Source of the DNA: Felis catus
Taxonomy: Eukaryota
Reading direction: 5' to 3'
Length of the DNA stretch: 64,000 nucleotides
Assembly (NCBI RefSeq): GCF_018350175.1
Contig: NC_058383.1
Span: 5,210,001-5,274,000 of the forward strand
The notes beneath the pieces are model-generated. The model saw nothing but the letters and a program-made list of their open reading frames with translations. It had not been told where the DNA came from and searched no databases. Made by a program: the position numbers and the translations under genes. Of this stretch, positions 13,379 through 26,760 are shown in pieces; the first letter of the stretch is position 1; each line of letters begins with the position of its first letter.

Positions 13379-14934
13379 CAATAAAATTGATAAACCTCTA
13401 GCCAGACTTTACCAAGAAAAAAAGAGAAAGGACTCAAACAAATAAAATCACAAATGAGAGTGGAGAAACAACCAGCACCACAGAAACACAGTTAAGAGAA
13501 TATTATGAAAAACTATGCCAACAAATTGGACAACCTGGAAGAAATGGATAAATTCCTAGAAACATACAAACTATCAAAACTGAAAGAGGAAGAAACAGAA
13601 AACTTAGACCAATAACCAGCAAAGAAATTGAATCAGTAATCAAGAAGCTCCCAACAAACCAAAGTTCAGGGCCAAATGGCTTCACAGGCAAATTCTACCA
13701 AACATTTAAAGAAGAATACCTATTCTTCTCACGCTATGCTAAAAAACAAAAAAGGAAGGAAAACTTCCAAACTTATTCCATGAGGCCAACATTACCCTGA
13801 TACCAAAACCAGATAAAGACTCCACTAAAAAGAGAACCACAAGCCAAAAGCCCTCATGAACATGGGTGCAAAAATCCTCAATAAAATACTAACAAACTGA
13901 ATCCAACAATACATTAAAAAAATCATTCACCATGATCAAGTGGGATTTATTTCTGGGTTGCAAAGGAGGTTCAGTATTTGCAAATTAATGTAATGCATCA
14001 CATCAATTTAAAAAAACAAAACCATACGATCATTTCAACAGATGCAGGTTAAAGTACAACATCCAATTCATGATAAAACTGTCAACAAAGTAAGTTTAAA
14101 GAGAACATACCTCAACATAATAAAGGCCATGTATGAAAAACTCACAGCTAGTATCATCCTCAATGGGAAAAAACTGAGAGCTTTCCCTCTATGTTCAGCA
14201 ACAAGACAGGGATGTCAGTCTCACCACTGTTATCCAACACAGTACTGGAAGTCCTAGCCATAGCAATCAGACATGAAACAAAATAAAAGGCATCCAAACT
14301 GGTAAGAAATAAAACCTTCAGTACTTGCAGATGACACGATACTCGATATAGAAAACCTGAAAAGACTCCACCAAAAAACTACTAGAACCGACCAATGAAT
14401 TCAGTGAAGTCATAGATACAAAATCAATGTACAGAAATCTGTTGCATTTCTATACACCAATAATGAACCGGCAGAAAGAAAAATTAAGAAGTCTATCCCA
14501 TTTACAATTGCACCAAAAACAATGATACCTAGGAATGAACCTAACCAAAGAACAGAAAGAGCTGCACTTTGAAAACTATAAAACACTGATGAAAGAAACA
14601 GAAGAGGACACAAAGACATGGAAAGACACTCCATGCACATGGACTGGAAAAATATTGTTAAAATGTCTATGCTACCCATAGCAATCTACACATTTAATGC
14701 AATCCCTATCACAATACCAACAGCAATTTTCCAAGAATTAGGACAAACAATCTTAAAATTTGTATGGAACCACAAAAGACCCCAAATAGCCAAAGCAATC
14801 TTGAAAAAGAAAGCTGGAGGCATTACGATTCCAGACTTCAAGTTATATTACAAAGCTGTAGTGGTCAAAACAGTACGGTACCAGCACAAAAACAGATATA
14901 TGGATCAACAGAACACAATAGAAAATCCAGAAAT

Positions 14935-15192
14935 GGGGGCGCCTGGGTGGCTCGGTGGGTTAAGCCTCCGACTTTGGCTCAGGTCATGATCTCGTGGTCC
15001 GTGAGTTCGAGCCCCGCGTCGGGCTCTGTGCTGACAGCTCAGAGCCTGGAGCCTGTTTCAGATTCTGTGTCTCCCTCTCTCTCTCTGCCCCTCCCCCCAT
15101 TCATGCTCTGTCTCTCTCTGTCTCAAAAATAAATAAAACATTAAAAAAAATTTTTTTAATAAAAATAAAAAATTTAAAAAAATTAAAAAAAA
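14935..15192 (+). mobile_element. SINEC_Fc
   Basis: TSD agaaaatccagaaat. Confidence 0.95.
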
Positions 15193-16250
15193 AGAAAATC
15201 CAGAAATGAACCCACAATTACACTGTCAATTAATCTTAGACAAAGCAGCAAAGAATATCCAATTGGAAAAAGTGTCTTCAACAAGTGGTACTGGGAAAAC
15301 TGTCAGTAACATGCAAAAGAATGAAACGGGGCCACTTTCTTATACCAACACAAAACCAAATTCAAAATGGACTAAAGACCTAAATATGAGACCTGAAACC
15401 ATAAAAATGCTAGAAGAGAGCACAGTAAGTAACCTCTTTGACATCAGTCATAGCAACATCTTTCTAGACATGTCTCCTGAGGCAAGGGAAACAAAAGCAA
15501 AAAGAAACTATTGGGACTTCATCAAAATAAAAAGCTTCTGCCCAGCGAAGGAAACAATCAACAAAATTAAAAGGCAGCCCATGGAAGAGAAGATATTTGC
15601 AAATGACATATCCGATTAAGGGATAGAATCCAAAATATATAAAGATCTTGTAAAACTCAACACCCAAAAAACAACTAATCTAATTAAAAGATGGGCAGAA
15701 GGTATGAACAGACATTTCTCCAATACAACATCCAGATGGCCAACAGACACGTGAAAAGATGCTCGTGACCACTCATTGTCAGGGAAATGCAAATCAAAAC
15801 CATAATGAGTTACCACCTCACACCTGTCAGAATGGCTAAAATCAACAACACAAGAAACAACAGTGTTGGCAAGGATGCAGAGAAAACGGAACCCTTGTGT
15901 ACTGTCGATGGAATGCAAACTGGTGCAACCACTCTAGGAAAGAGCATGGAGCATCCTCAAAAAGTTAAAAATAGAACTGCCCTACAATCCAGCAATTGCA
16001 CTACTGGGTATTTACCCAAAGAATACAGAAGCACTAATTCATGCATAATGCATCCCTATGTTAACAACAGCATTACTTACAATAACCAAGATATGGAAGC
16101 AGCCCAAGTGTCCACTGATTGATGAGCAGATAAAGAAGATGGAATATATACCCACAATGGAATATTAAGTCAGAAAAAGAATGAATTTTTGTCATTTGCA
16201 ATGACATGAACGTACTTAGAGAGCGTAATGCTAAGCATAAAAAGTCAGTC

Positions 16251-16440
16251 AGGGGTGCCTGGGTGGCTCAGTTGGTTAAGCGTCCGGACTCCTGATTTCA
16301 ACTCAGGTCACAATCTTGTGGTTTGTGGGATCAATCCCCGCATCAGGCCCTTCTTAGAGCACAGAGCCTGAGTGAGAGTCTCTCTCTGCCCCTCCCCTGC
16401 TTGTGCACATGTGCAATCTCACTCTCTCAAGATAAACACT
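16251..16440 (+). mobile_element. Can-SINE
   Basis: SINE consensus within the L1 3'UTR. Confidence 0.88.
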
Positions 16441-17928
16441 AAAAGTCAGAGAAAAACAAATACATGATTTCACTCACGTGTAATTTCAGAAACCAAACAA
16501 GCAAAGGGAAAAAAAGAAGGGAGAGAGATAAACCAAGAAACACTCTTAACTACAGAGAACAAACTGATGGTTACCAGAGGGGAGGTGAGTAGGGGGATGG
16601 GTGAAATAGTTATGATGAGGACTGGGAGATTAAATAAAAACTTTTAAAAATGATAATACTAACTCCAATGACCAAATGGAGTTTATTCCAGGGATATAAA
16701 GACAACTGAATACTGGAATTGGAACATCTACCAGTATAATCTACCATATTAACAGGCTAAAGAAGAAATATCACATGATCACATCAATCTAATATAGAAA
16801 AAGCATTTGACAAAAATCAACACTTATTCATGATAGAAAGCAGAAAGCAGAAAAACAGAAATAGAACTTCTTTAACTTAATAAAGAACATATACCATAAA
16901 ACCTACCGCTAATATCAAACTAACTGCTCTTCTTTCTAATAACAAACAAGGCAAGGATGTCCACTCTCATTCTTACTCAACATAGTGCTGGAATTGTAGC
17001 CAGTGAAATAAGACAAGAAAAGGAAATAAAGCACATACCAATCAGTAAGGAATGAGTAAAACTGTCCACACTTGCCTATAACAGGACTAATAGAAAAATC
17101 CAAGGAGTCTAAAAAAAAATGCCTAGAACTAATAAGTGAGTTTGGCAAGATCACAGAATATAAGATTAACATACAAAAATAAAATGTATCTTTATATACC
17201 AGCAATTAACATGTGGACACCAAAACTAAAAATATAATGCCACTTACAATCCCTCAAAAAATATTCAGGTGTAGATCTAACAAAATAAGACAAAACATGC
17301 TGAAACTACACAACAGGGATGAAAGTAAAGAAGATTTAAATAAATGGAGAAACATACCATATTCACAGATGGAAAATGTCAACCTAAGTAAAGATGTCAA
17401 CTCTCTCCAAATTGAGATTCAGCTTTAACACAGCTCCTATCAAAATCTCAGCAAGATTTTTTTTTGTAGGTATAGACACTATTATTCTATAATTTACATG
17501 GAAAGACAAAACACCAAGAATACCTAAAACAGTTTTGAAAGAGAATAAGTGAGTGGAATCATCCTATCTGATATCAAGACTTATGACATAGCTACTGTAT
17601 GGAGGGACAGACATATACTTCAAGAGAACAGAATAGGAAACCCAGAAACAGACCCACACAAATACGCCCAAGTGATTTTTTACAAAGATGTGAAAGCAAT
17701 TCAACAGAGAGAAGACAGCCTTTTCAACAAATGGTGCTGGACTAACAGACATTTATAGACAAACAACTAACTTCACCCAAACCTCACATTATACAAAAAT
17801 TAACTTAAATGGATTACACACCTAAAGTGTAAAAGTATAAAATTTTTAGAAAAAAAAAACCAAACAAACAGGAGACAATCTTTAGGATCAAGAACTAGGC
17901 AAAGATACTTTTAACTAAACTTAAACTA

Positions 17929-18107
17929 GGGGCGCCTGGAGGGCTAGGTTGGTTAAGCATCCGACTCTTGATTTTGGCTCAGGTCACAATCTCACCATTC
18001 AGGGGTTTGAGCCCTGCATCAGGCTCTCTCTGCCCCTCCTGTGCTCACTCAGTCTCTCTCTCTCTCTCTGCCCCTCCTGTGTGCGCTCTCTCAAAAATAA
18101 ACTAAAA
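17929..18107 (+). mobile_element. Can-SINE
   Basis: SINE consensus. Confidence 0.88.
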
Positions 18108-18542
18108 AACAAACAAAAAACCATAAACTAAACCAAAAGCAAAATCCATGAAAGGAAAGATCAGACTTCACTAAAATTAAACACTTTTGTTCTGTGAGAA
18201 ACCTTGTTAAGGGGATGAAAAGACAGGCCTCAGACTAGAAGAAACTATTTGGAACCTGTATATCCAACAAAGGCCTGGTTACCTAAACTATAGAAAGAAC
18301 TCTCAAAACTCAACAGAATAAAAACAAAGACTGCAATAGAGAATAAGCAAATGATAGCAAAGAGATATTTCACCAAAGAGGACATACAGATGGCATATAA
18401 ACGCATGGAAACAAGTTCAAGACCTTTAGGCATTAGGGAAATACAAATTAAAACCACAAGATACCATTATATACTTATCAGTACGGCTAAAATGAAAAAC
18501 AGTGACAACACCAAATGCTGGCAAAAACGCAGAGAAACCACT

Positions 18543-18945
18543 GGAGCGTCTGGGCGGCCCAGTCGCTTTAAGGGTCAGAGTCTTGATTTTGGCTCAGGTC
18601 CTGATCTCACGGTTCAGGAGATCAAGCTTTGTGCCAGGCTCTGTGCTGACAGCACGAAAACTGCTTGGGATTCTCTCTCTCCCGTTCTCTCTCAAAATAA
18701 ATAAATTTAGGGGCACCTGGGTGGCTCAGTCGGTTAAGCGTCCGACTTCGGCTCAGGTCACGATCTCACGGTCCGGGAGTTCGAGCCCCGCGTCGGGCTC
18801 TGTGCTGACTTCTCAGAGCCTGGAGCCTGTTTCAGATTCTGTCTCCCTCTCTCTCTGACCCTCCCCCGTTCATGCTCTGTCTCTCTCTGTCTCAAAAATA
18901 AATAAACGTGAAAAAAAAAATTTTTTTAATAAATAAATAAATAAG
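18543..18945 (+). mobile_element. Two tandem Can-SINEs (younger copy in the tail of the older)
   Basis: Heads at ~18543 and ~18710. Confidence 0.9.
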
Positions 18946-20217
18946 TAAATTTAAATAAACAGACTTGTTTTTTCTTTTAAATGCAGAGAAACTGGAAGTC
19001 TCACCCATTGCTGGTAGGACTGTAAAAATGGTCAGCCACTCTGAAAAACTGGCAGTTTCTTATAAAATCAAACACGCGCCTACCATATGAGCGAGTGAGT
19101 GCAGTCCTGGGCATTTACTCCAGAGAAACAGACATGTTCACACGCATGTTGTATGCTCTAATGCTTACAGCAGCTCTATTCACAATATCCCCAAACCGGA
19201 CATAAGCCAGATGTCCTTTTATGGATGAGTGGTTAAAACAAGCCATGCTATGTCCACACCATAGACTACTACTCAACAATAAAATAAATACAATTTTAAA
19301 AACCCACACACAAATTATTAATACAACCTAAATGAATCTTCAGAGAATTATGCTGACTGAAAAGCCAATCCCAAAATGTTATATACTGCATAACTCAATA
19401 TGTATATATATGACATTCTTGAAATGACAAAATTATAGAAATGAAAAATAGTTTAGTGGCTTCCAGGGGTTAAAGGAGGAGGTCGGGGCACAAGGAAAGT
19501 GGGCTTGGCTACAAAAGGGGAATATGACAGATTCTGTAATGATGGAAATGTTCTGTATCCTGACTGTATCGACGTCAATACCCTGGTTGAGATCCTGAAA
19601 TAACAGTGTTACTACTGGGTAAACTGGGAAAGGTACATGAGATGTCTTTGTGTTATTTCTCACAACTGCATGCGAATCTACAATAAGGTTAGCTTTAAAA
19701 AGGCAAAATAATGACATTTCAGACTGAGAATGAAACCAATTACAGCAAAAAGCATAGTTCATCACTAGCAAGCAAAGTTAGGGAAGTCCTTTGGTCCTAA
19801 GGAAAAATACCAGATGGGAATCTACATCTACGTAAAGGAACAAAAGCAGTAGATATGGTAACTGAACAGGTAAGTATAGAAGATCTCTAAACAAACCTTA
19901 ACTATTTAAAGCAAAGCCTTTATAATTTATTTAAGGCAAAAATAACACAATATGTTGTCTGATTACAAGGCAGGTAGAACTAAAATGAACGACAACAAGA
20001 GCACAAATGCCAGGAGTGGGAAGATGAAAAGTGCATCGTCACAAAGCCCTTACCACACACAAGCGAAACATCAGTTGAAGGTAAACTGTGATCGTTTAAA
20101 GATGCACGCCAAACCCTAAAGCAACCACTAAAAGTAGAAATCAACGTTACAGAAAACATGCCAATAAAAGAGATTAAATATCATATCATAAATAAGTATC
20201 ATAAAATTACTTATTCC

Positions 20218-20420
20218 GGGGCACCTGGGTGGCTTAGTCAGTTAAGCGTCGGACTTCGGCTCAGGGCATGATCTCGTGGCTCATGAGTTCAAGCCCCGCA
20301 TCAGGCTCTGTGCTGACAGCTCAGAGCCTGGAGCCTGCTTCAGATTCTGTGTTGCCCTCTCCCTCGGCCCCTCCTCTGTTCCCTCTCTCTCTCTCAAAAA
20401 TAAGTAAAACATTAAAAAGA
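20218..20420 (+). mobile_element. SINEC_Fc
   Basis: TSD atcataaaattact(t/c)attcc. Confidence 0.93.
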
Positions 20421-22358
20421 ATTTTTTAAAAATCATAAAATTACTCATTCCAAAAGAAGGCAGAAAAAGATGAAAAAGAGGACAAGGAATAAATGGAACT
20501 AATAGAAAACAAATGACAAGATGGTAAAATAAACCCACCCGTATTAATAATCTCATTAAATACCAATGGCTTATACCCCAAAATAAAACATGGAGACTGT
20601 AAGAAAAAAATTACCTGATAGGTTATTTATACAAGAAATCCACTTTAAGTATAAACGCAAGTAGGTTAAATGTAAAAACATGGAAAAAGATATACCATGC
20701 AAACATCAATCATAAAAAAACTGGAGAGGCTCTATTTACATCAAAGTAGATTTCAGAACAAAGCATATTATTTGGGATAAAGAGGGTAATTTCATAAATT
20801 ATAAATAAGTCACTTCACCAAGAGGTCATAATAATCTTAGGTGAGTGACAGAGCTCCAAAGAGCTCCATAAGGCAAAATTAATAAAACAGGGGAAAAAAC
20901 CAAATTCACAAATGTATTTCATTTCAATAGACCTCTCTCAAAATGTGATAGCATGAGTAGAAAAGCAGTAAGGACATAGAAGACAGCTTCAACAACATTA
21001 TCAAATAACTGACCATAATCAGCATTTATAGAAACAAGACAACACAGACACTACACATCCTTATTAAGTAAATAATAATTATTAAGTGATGTGGGGCAGT
21101 CACCAAGCTAGACCACGCTCTGGCACATAAAACAAACCTCAAGTTTAAAAGGATTCAAACAATAAAAAGTATACTCTGACCACAACAGAATTAAATTAGC
21201 TATCAGTAACAGGACAATTTCTGGAAAATCCTCAAACATTTGGCAACTCAACAACACACCTCTAAATAACCACAAGGGCAATTAGAAAGTATGTTGACTG
21301 GAATAAATGTGAATACGTGAAATACTGAAATGTCTGGGATACAACTAAAGCAGTACTTAAAGGGAAATTTATAGCACTCAAAAGACTGGAAAAGATCTCA
21401 AATTAAATGACCTAAGCTTCCCCTTTAAGAAACTAGAATTGAGCGCATTAAATCCAGAGTGGGCAAGAGAAAAGGAATAATAAAAATAGTAATGAACATC
21501 AATGATACAGAAAACAAAATAACAATGAAACCAAGAGCTGGTTTTCTGAGAAGATCAATAATAAGATGACTAAAACTCTAGTCAGATTGATCAGGAAAAA
21601 AGGAGGGGAGTCATGCACATCAGGAATAAGAGAAAGAAAATCACTATAGATCCTAAAAAAATTAAGAAAGGATAACAGAACATTATGAACAAGTTTATGC
21701 CGACACATTCAACAAGACAAATTCCTTGAGAGACACAAACTAATCAAAGCTCCCTGATGAAAAAAAAAGATAACCTGAAGAGGCCTCTATCTATTAAAGA
21801 CCTTAAATATGCAGTTAAAAACCTACCCGTGAGAAAACTCCAAGGCCCAAACATGTAACAAATAACCCCGATTCTACACAAATTCTTCTAGGAAACAGAA
21901 GAAAATAATCCCAACATATTTCGTAATGCCACCATTACCCTGATGCCAAAGTCAGACAAAAGCATAAGAAACTATAGATTAATATTCATCATGAACACAA
22001 AAGTTAAAAAATGTGTAGCAAATCCAATGATACATGGAAATCATAAGACATCATGACCAAGTTGGGCTCATCTCGGGAATGCAAATTTGGCTTAACATTC
22101 AAGTACAACACTCAGCCTCAGCATGATAAGACTCTACAGCTAACAGCATACGTAAAAGCCAGAGACTAAAATAAAACGCCTTCCCCCTAAAGTGAAGCAG
22201 GAGACATCTACGTCCACCACATCCATTCAACACTGTAAAGGAGGTGCTGGCCAGGGCACCACAGCAAGAAACAGCAAGCAGACTGGACATGCAGAAATAA
22301 AATTGTCCTTATTCGTAGATCACACGATCGTCTCTACATAGAATCTCAAGAAACCTTT

Positions 22359-22360
<2 letters not shown>

Positions 22361-22401
<41 letters not shown>
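22361..22401. repeat. (CA)n microsatellite
   Basis: About 20 units. Confidence 0.95.
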
Positions 22402-22403
<2 letters not shown>

Positions 22404-25400
22404 ACTAGAATTAATAAATTTACCACAGTCGCAAGACCTAAGATCAATATCCAAAAGTCACTGGCATTTTTATATTCTAGGAACAAACAATCAGAAATCG
22501 AAATTCAAAAAATATTACCATTTATAACAGCTTCCAAAAATACACAATACTTAGGGACAAATCTGACAAGGGATGTGCACATTGTACTTGTACACTGAGA
22601 ACTAAGTGCCACTGCTAAAAACATTAAAGAAAAGCTAAGTAAACGGAGGCATATACCTTGTTCGGGGGCAGAAAACAACGCTGTATAGATGTCAGTTCAC
22701 CCCAAGTTAATTCACAGATTCAACACAATACCAATCAAAATCCCAGGAAGCTCTTTTGTAGAAATTGACCAACTGAGTCCAAAATACATTTGGAAATGCC
22801 AGAGACCAAAAAATGGCTAAAACAACTTTGAAAAAGGAGAACAAAGTTGGAAGACTTACCTGATTTTAAAACTATTAAACATCTAGCAATCCAGACACTG
22901 TGGTGGTGTTGAGATAGAACAGTGGATCAGTGTAACAGAACAGAGTCCAGAAATAGATCCGTATGAATATGGTCAATTGATTTTTCACAAAGAAGCAAAG
23001 ACAATTCAGTGAAGACAGAACTATCTCTTGAACAAAGAGTACAGGGACAACAGGATATCCATACTGAAAACCAGGACCTTCAATCCATTCTCCACACCAC
23101 AAACAGAAATTAACTCAAAATGGATCACTGACCAGTATAAAAGCTCAAACTATCAAATTTGTAAAAGAATACAGAGAAAACCTTTGTGACCACTGGTGAG
23201 GCAAAGACTTAATAGAACACTTAAAACACGACTGATGAAAAGAAAAAGTAGAGATGTGGAATTCTTCAAAGGACAGTGTGAAGAGAACATTCTCCCCCCC
23301 ACTGCAAGACAGTCTGCAAACTACATATCTCATAAAGGACTTGTACACAGACCATATAAAAAGCTCTCAAAACCCAACAACAAGAAAACCACCCAATTTT
23401 AAATCAAGCAAAAGCTTCAGCCAGAAAAGTATACAGATGGCAATTAGCTGTATGGAAAGATGTTCAACGTCATTAGTCATAAGGGAAGTGCAAATTAAGA
23501 TCACGGTAAGGTAGTACTTGCTATGCCTATTAGCGCGGCTGATGTTGGAAAGAATGACCGTGCCAAATATTAGGCGACACACGGGACAAACTTTCATTCA
23601 CTGCTAGTGGAAATGTAAGATGCCATGATCCCTGTGTGAAACAGACTGGAAGTTTATGTCCAGGTTAAGTACATACATACCATAGGACCAAGCCATTCCA
23701 CTCCTACGTATTTACCCAAGAGAAATGAAAACGTCTCTTTCCAAAGACCTGTTTACACACGTTCACCACAGCTTGATTTGTGACAGTCCCAAATAAGAAA
23801 CAACCCCAACGCCCGTCAACAGGTGGAGAGACAAAATGTGGCACATCCATACGATGAAATACTACTCAACAGTAAATACTGTTGATACATGTGACAACAT
23901 GGAATAATGTTGAAATGACTGTACTAACTGAAGGGAGCCAGGCGAATACATGCCTCCATAATTCCACTACATGACACTCTAAAAAATACAAACCAATCTA
24001 TAGTAGACAGAGAGCATATCAGTGGCTGCCTGGGCTGGAGGGGATGCGGGGCAGGAAGGGGTGGAAGGGAGTGATTTCAAAGGAGGGCTGGGAAACTTTA
24101 GGGGGTGATGAATACATTCATTATGTTAATTGTGGTGATAGTTTCATGGGAGTATGCAAACGTCAGAATGCATCAAACATATATTTTAAATATGTGCAAT
24201 TTATATCAATGACACCTCAATAAAGCTAAATAAAGGTAAATGTACCTAAATACATATATAATTACGTATAATAAACAAATGTACCTGAATTACATACGTA
24301 ATTATGCCTTGATATACCTAAACAAAGGAAAAACAGAAAGAAAGAGAAAACTACCAATAGCATAAAAGACAGGCACCCAATTCTGGACACCCGGAGCTTC
24401 TGAATTTTTGTGTTGGTCCTGTCTCTCACTGTCCAGGTGCCAGTGCTGGGTTTTCATCCACACCCTACTTTCATTAAGCGCAAAAGTGATGGGAAAGCTG
24501 TCTGTGGGGAACGAATTATGAACTCAGAAGGGAGAAAATAAGGGCAAACAAAACGTTCGTTCTGTAACTTAAAACCCCTTGGCATACCAAATACCTCTGG
24601 GCAGTGAGATTCTAGGTGATTTTCCTTTGGTTTATTTAAAATTTTCTGTACTTTCCAAATTCTTTACAGGCGTTATTTTGCTCTTTGGGGGGAAAACAGT
24701 TTTAAAAGAACCAGTTTAAATTCTCTATTAATTAAAGAACCATTCGAAAAGAAACCAAAGGCGTTCTCACCCTGATAATTACTGAACGGCACCTGAACAC
24801 ACACAAATCTCAGTATTAATGTAGATCAAAGAACAGGGAGGTTTCCCTTAAAAGGGATGAAGGATGTTTACGATATATTTACAAGGTCAAACCTCAAAAA
24901 CTGGCTATGTCCTAACTTCTGAATTCCACTAGTCAACCACTGAGCTGGTTGTCACCTATTCAAGACAGATTTTAACTGATTTCCTGCCCTTCAGGTTGAA
25001 AGCTGAGCTCACATACCAAAGGGAAAGTCCTGTTGGATTTCCAGGAGGCTGGGGGCCGTAACAGGAGGTTCCTCTCCACGAAGGCTTATAAGCCTGTAAC
25101 TGAATCAAGCCTTACAATACAGGATGGAAACCGGGAGAGGCAGCATTTCTGAACTCTGCTTGTCCCGAGCTGTCGGTGGCAGACATTTATGTCACATTTT
25201 TTAGCAAGTGTAGAAAGCCAGCAGGGGGTTCAGAAATGCCAAATGCTGATAAAATATGTTTCTTTTTAAACAACTTCACAGGTCAAATTAGGTGCAAAAC
25301 GCTTTTGAAGCAACCTGAGTACAGTTCTTAAGAGTCCTCCTCAATGGTTTCTAAGAGAACCAATTTCCTAGTGATCGTAGAACTCTTGGCTTAAGTCTTC

Positions 25401-25478
25401 ACTTTCCCTGCACAGGAAAAATGGAAGTAGGCTAGCACGCCACAACACCACACAAGTAACATGACCCAGAACACTTAC

Positions 25479-25679
25479 ATGTCTTGGAGTGCTCATGTGA
25501 TAGCATGTAATTGGCAAGAGGCGGCGTGTAAGTCAAACACTGCAATGCTGCATTGGCAAAACAGGTGTTGCCCAAATTCTGGAGCCCGGCTCCAACTCTG
25601 TGAGTTTGTTGCCACTTAAGACAAATTTTCTCAGACGGGAAAAGAACTTTTTGTGGAGGAGCAATGCCATCACCTAGGG
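25479..25679 (-). CDS. USP42: USP42 exon 3 (start of USP domain, Cys box)
   Basis: [67 protein letters not shown]; GLxNLGNTCF Cys box with Cys120 codon at 25561-25563; tttttctag| and T|gtaagt; 201 nt, phase 1-1. Confidence 0.97.
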
Positions 25680-25837
25680 CTAGAAAAACAAACAAGAAAT
25701 ATTTAAAAACAAAGCTTTACATGCTTCTCAAGCTAAATAAACAGCAACACATCAAACGGAATCTGATCAGGATTAGGTCACTACGAGCTAACCAGAAATA
25801 CAGGGAAGAAAGGGACGTTTTAAAAGACAGATCTTAG

Positions 25838-25969
25838 AGGGGTGCCTGGGTGGCTCAATCCGGTAAGCATTCGACTCTTGATGTTGACTCAGGTCATGAT
25901 CTCTTGGTTCGTGAGATCGAGCCCCGTGTGGTGCTTGTGCTGACAGCACAGAGCCTGCCTGGGACTCAC

Positions 25970-26015
<46 letters not shown>

Positions 26016-26093
26016 CCTCCCTCCCTCCCTCCGCCCCTCCTGCACACACACGTGTGCTTTCTCTTTAAGAAATAAACATTTAAAAAATAAATA
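25838..26093 (+). mobile_element. Can-SINE with long (CT)n
   Basis: SINE consensus. Confidence 0.9.
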
Positions 26094-26094
26094 A

Positions 26095-26361
26095 GTGAAA
26101 GATCCTTGAATGTGGGAAATCTAAATAATTTGCTTTCTTCAATAAGTAAACTGCAAGGACAAAATGGGATGTTAAAAAAAACTTAACGACACTTGCCAAA
26201 TGCAAAGTATAGACCTTGTCCGTTGATTTCAACAAGCCAGCTGTTACAAAAAAAGTATATGGCAATCAGAGAAATTTTAATGTTGACGGGATTTTTAATA
26301 TAAAGATGGTTTTTTTTTTAATTTAATGTTTATTTTTGAGAGAGAGAGTGCAGAGGGGTAG

Positions 26362-26405
<44 letters not shown>

Positions 26406-26760
26406 ACACACACACACACAGAATCCGAAGGAGCTCCAGGCTCTGAGCTGTCAGCACAGAGCCCCAGGCGGGGCTCGAACCACACGAACCATGAGATCGT
26501 GACCTGAGCCAAAGTCAGACACTTAACCCACTGAGCCACCCAGGCGCCCTGATGTTTTAATTCTCAGGAAATGATTATTTATGTATAACACTAAAATATG
26601 AATAGATAAAATATGAAGTCTTGGGCTTGCTTTATAATGCTGGCGAGGGGAATAAATGGGGGAGGGTATAACTGGCTATGAATTGATAAATGTCAAAACT
26701 GACTGATCACTACATGAGAGCCCACTATAATTACTTTTACATCTACTTAAAAGTTTGCCA
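26095..26760 (+). mobile_element. Old L1 3'-end fragment, interrupted by a minus-strand SINEC (26310-26549)
   Basis: aaatgcaaagtatagaccttg...ggcaatcagagaaattt...ggctatgaattgataaatgtcaaaactg L1MC-type tail; SINE with (GA)n(CA)n. Confidence 0.7.

Larger units (their letters stand above)
9377..16645 (+). mobile_element. Near full-length carnivore L1 (L1_Carn-like), inactive, inner layer
   Basis: 5'UTR from 9377, ORF1 ATG ~10529 (TYKGNPVRLPADFS), ORF2 from ~11765 ([41 protein letters not shown]), carnivore-type 3'UTR; many stops/frameshifts and 5 SINE insertions. Confidence 0.9.
16646..19700 (+). mobile_element. L1MC1-like ORF2 3' part and 3'UTR (continuation of 4660-9375)
   Basis: Resumes at atgaccaaatggagtttattccagggat; ends with L1MC1-type tail gatggaaatgttctgtatcctgactgtatc...cacaactgcatgcgaatctac. 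Confidence 0.8.
19701..24230 (+). mobile_element. L1ME1-like end of ORF1, ORF2 and 3'UTR (continuation of 3590-4660)
   Basis: Resumes at ggcaaaataatgacatttcagac; degraded ORF2; L1ME1-type tail ...gggggtgatgaatacattcattatg...cctcaataaagct. Confidence 0.78.

Noticed and set aside
9377..16645. Possibly active L1
   Set aside because: Numerous stops, frameshifts, deletions and five SINE insertions
24238..24306. Imperfect ~39-bp tandem duplication after the L1 tail
   Set aside because: AT-rich slippage with no sign of function; not an array
25400..25435. Good minus-strand acceptor 71 nt after the exon 3 donor
   Set aside because: Near-minimal intron, no clear branch point or paired donor
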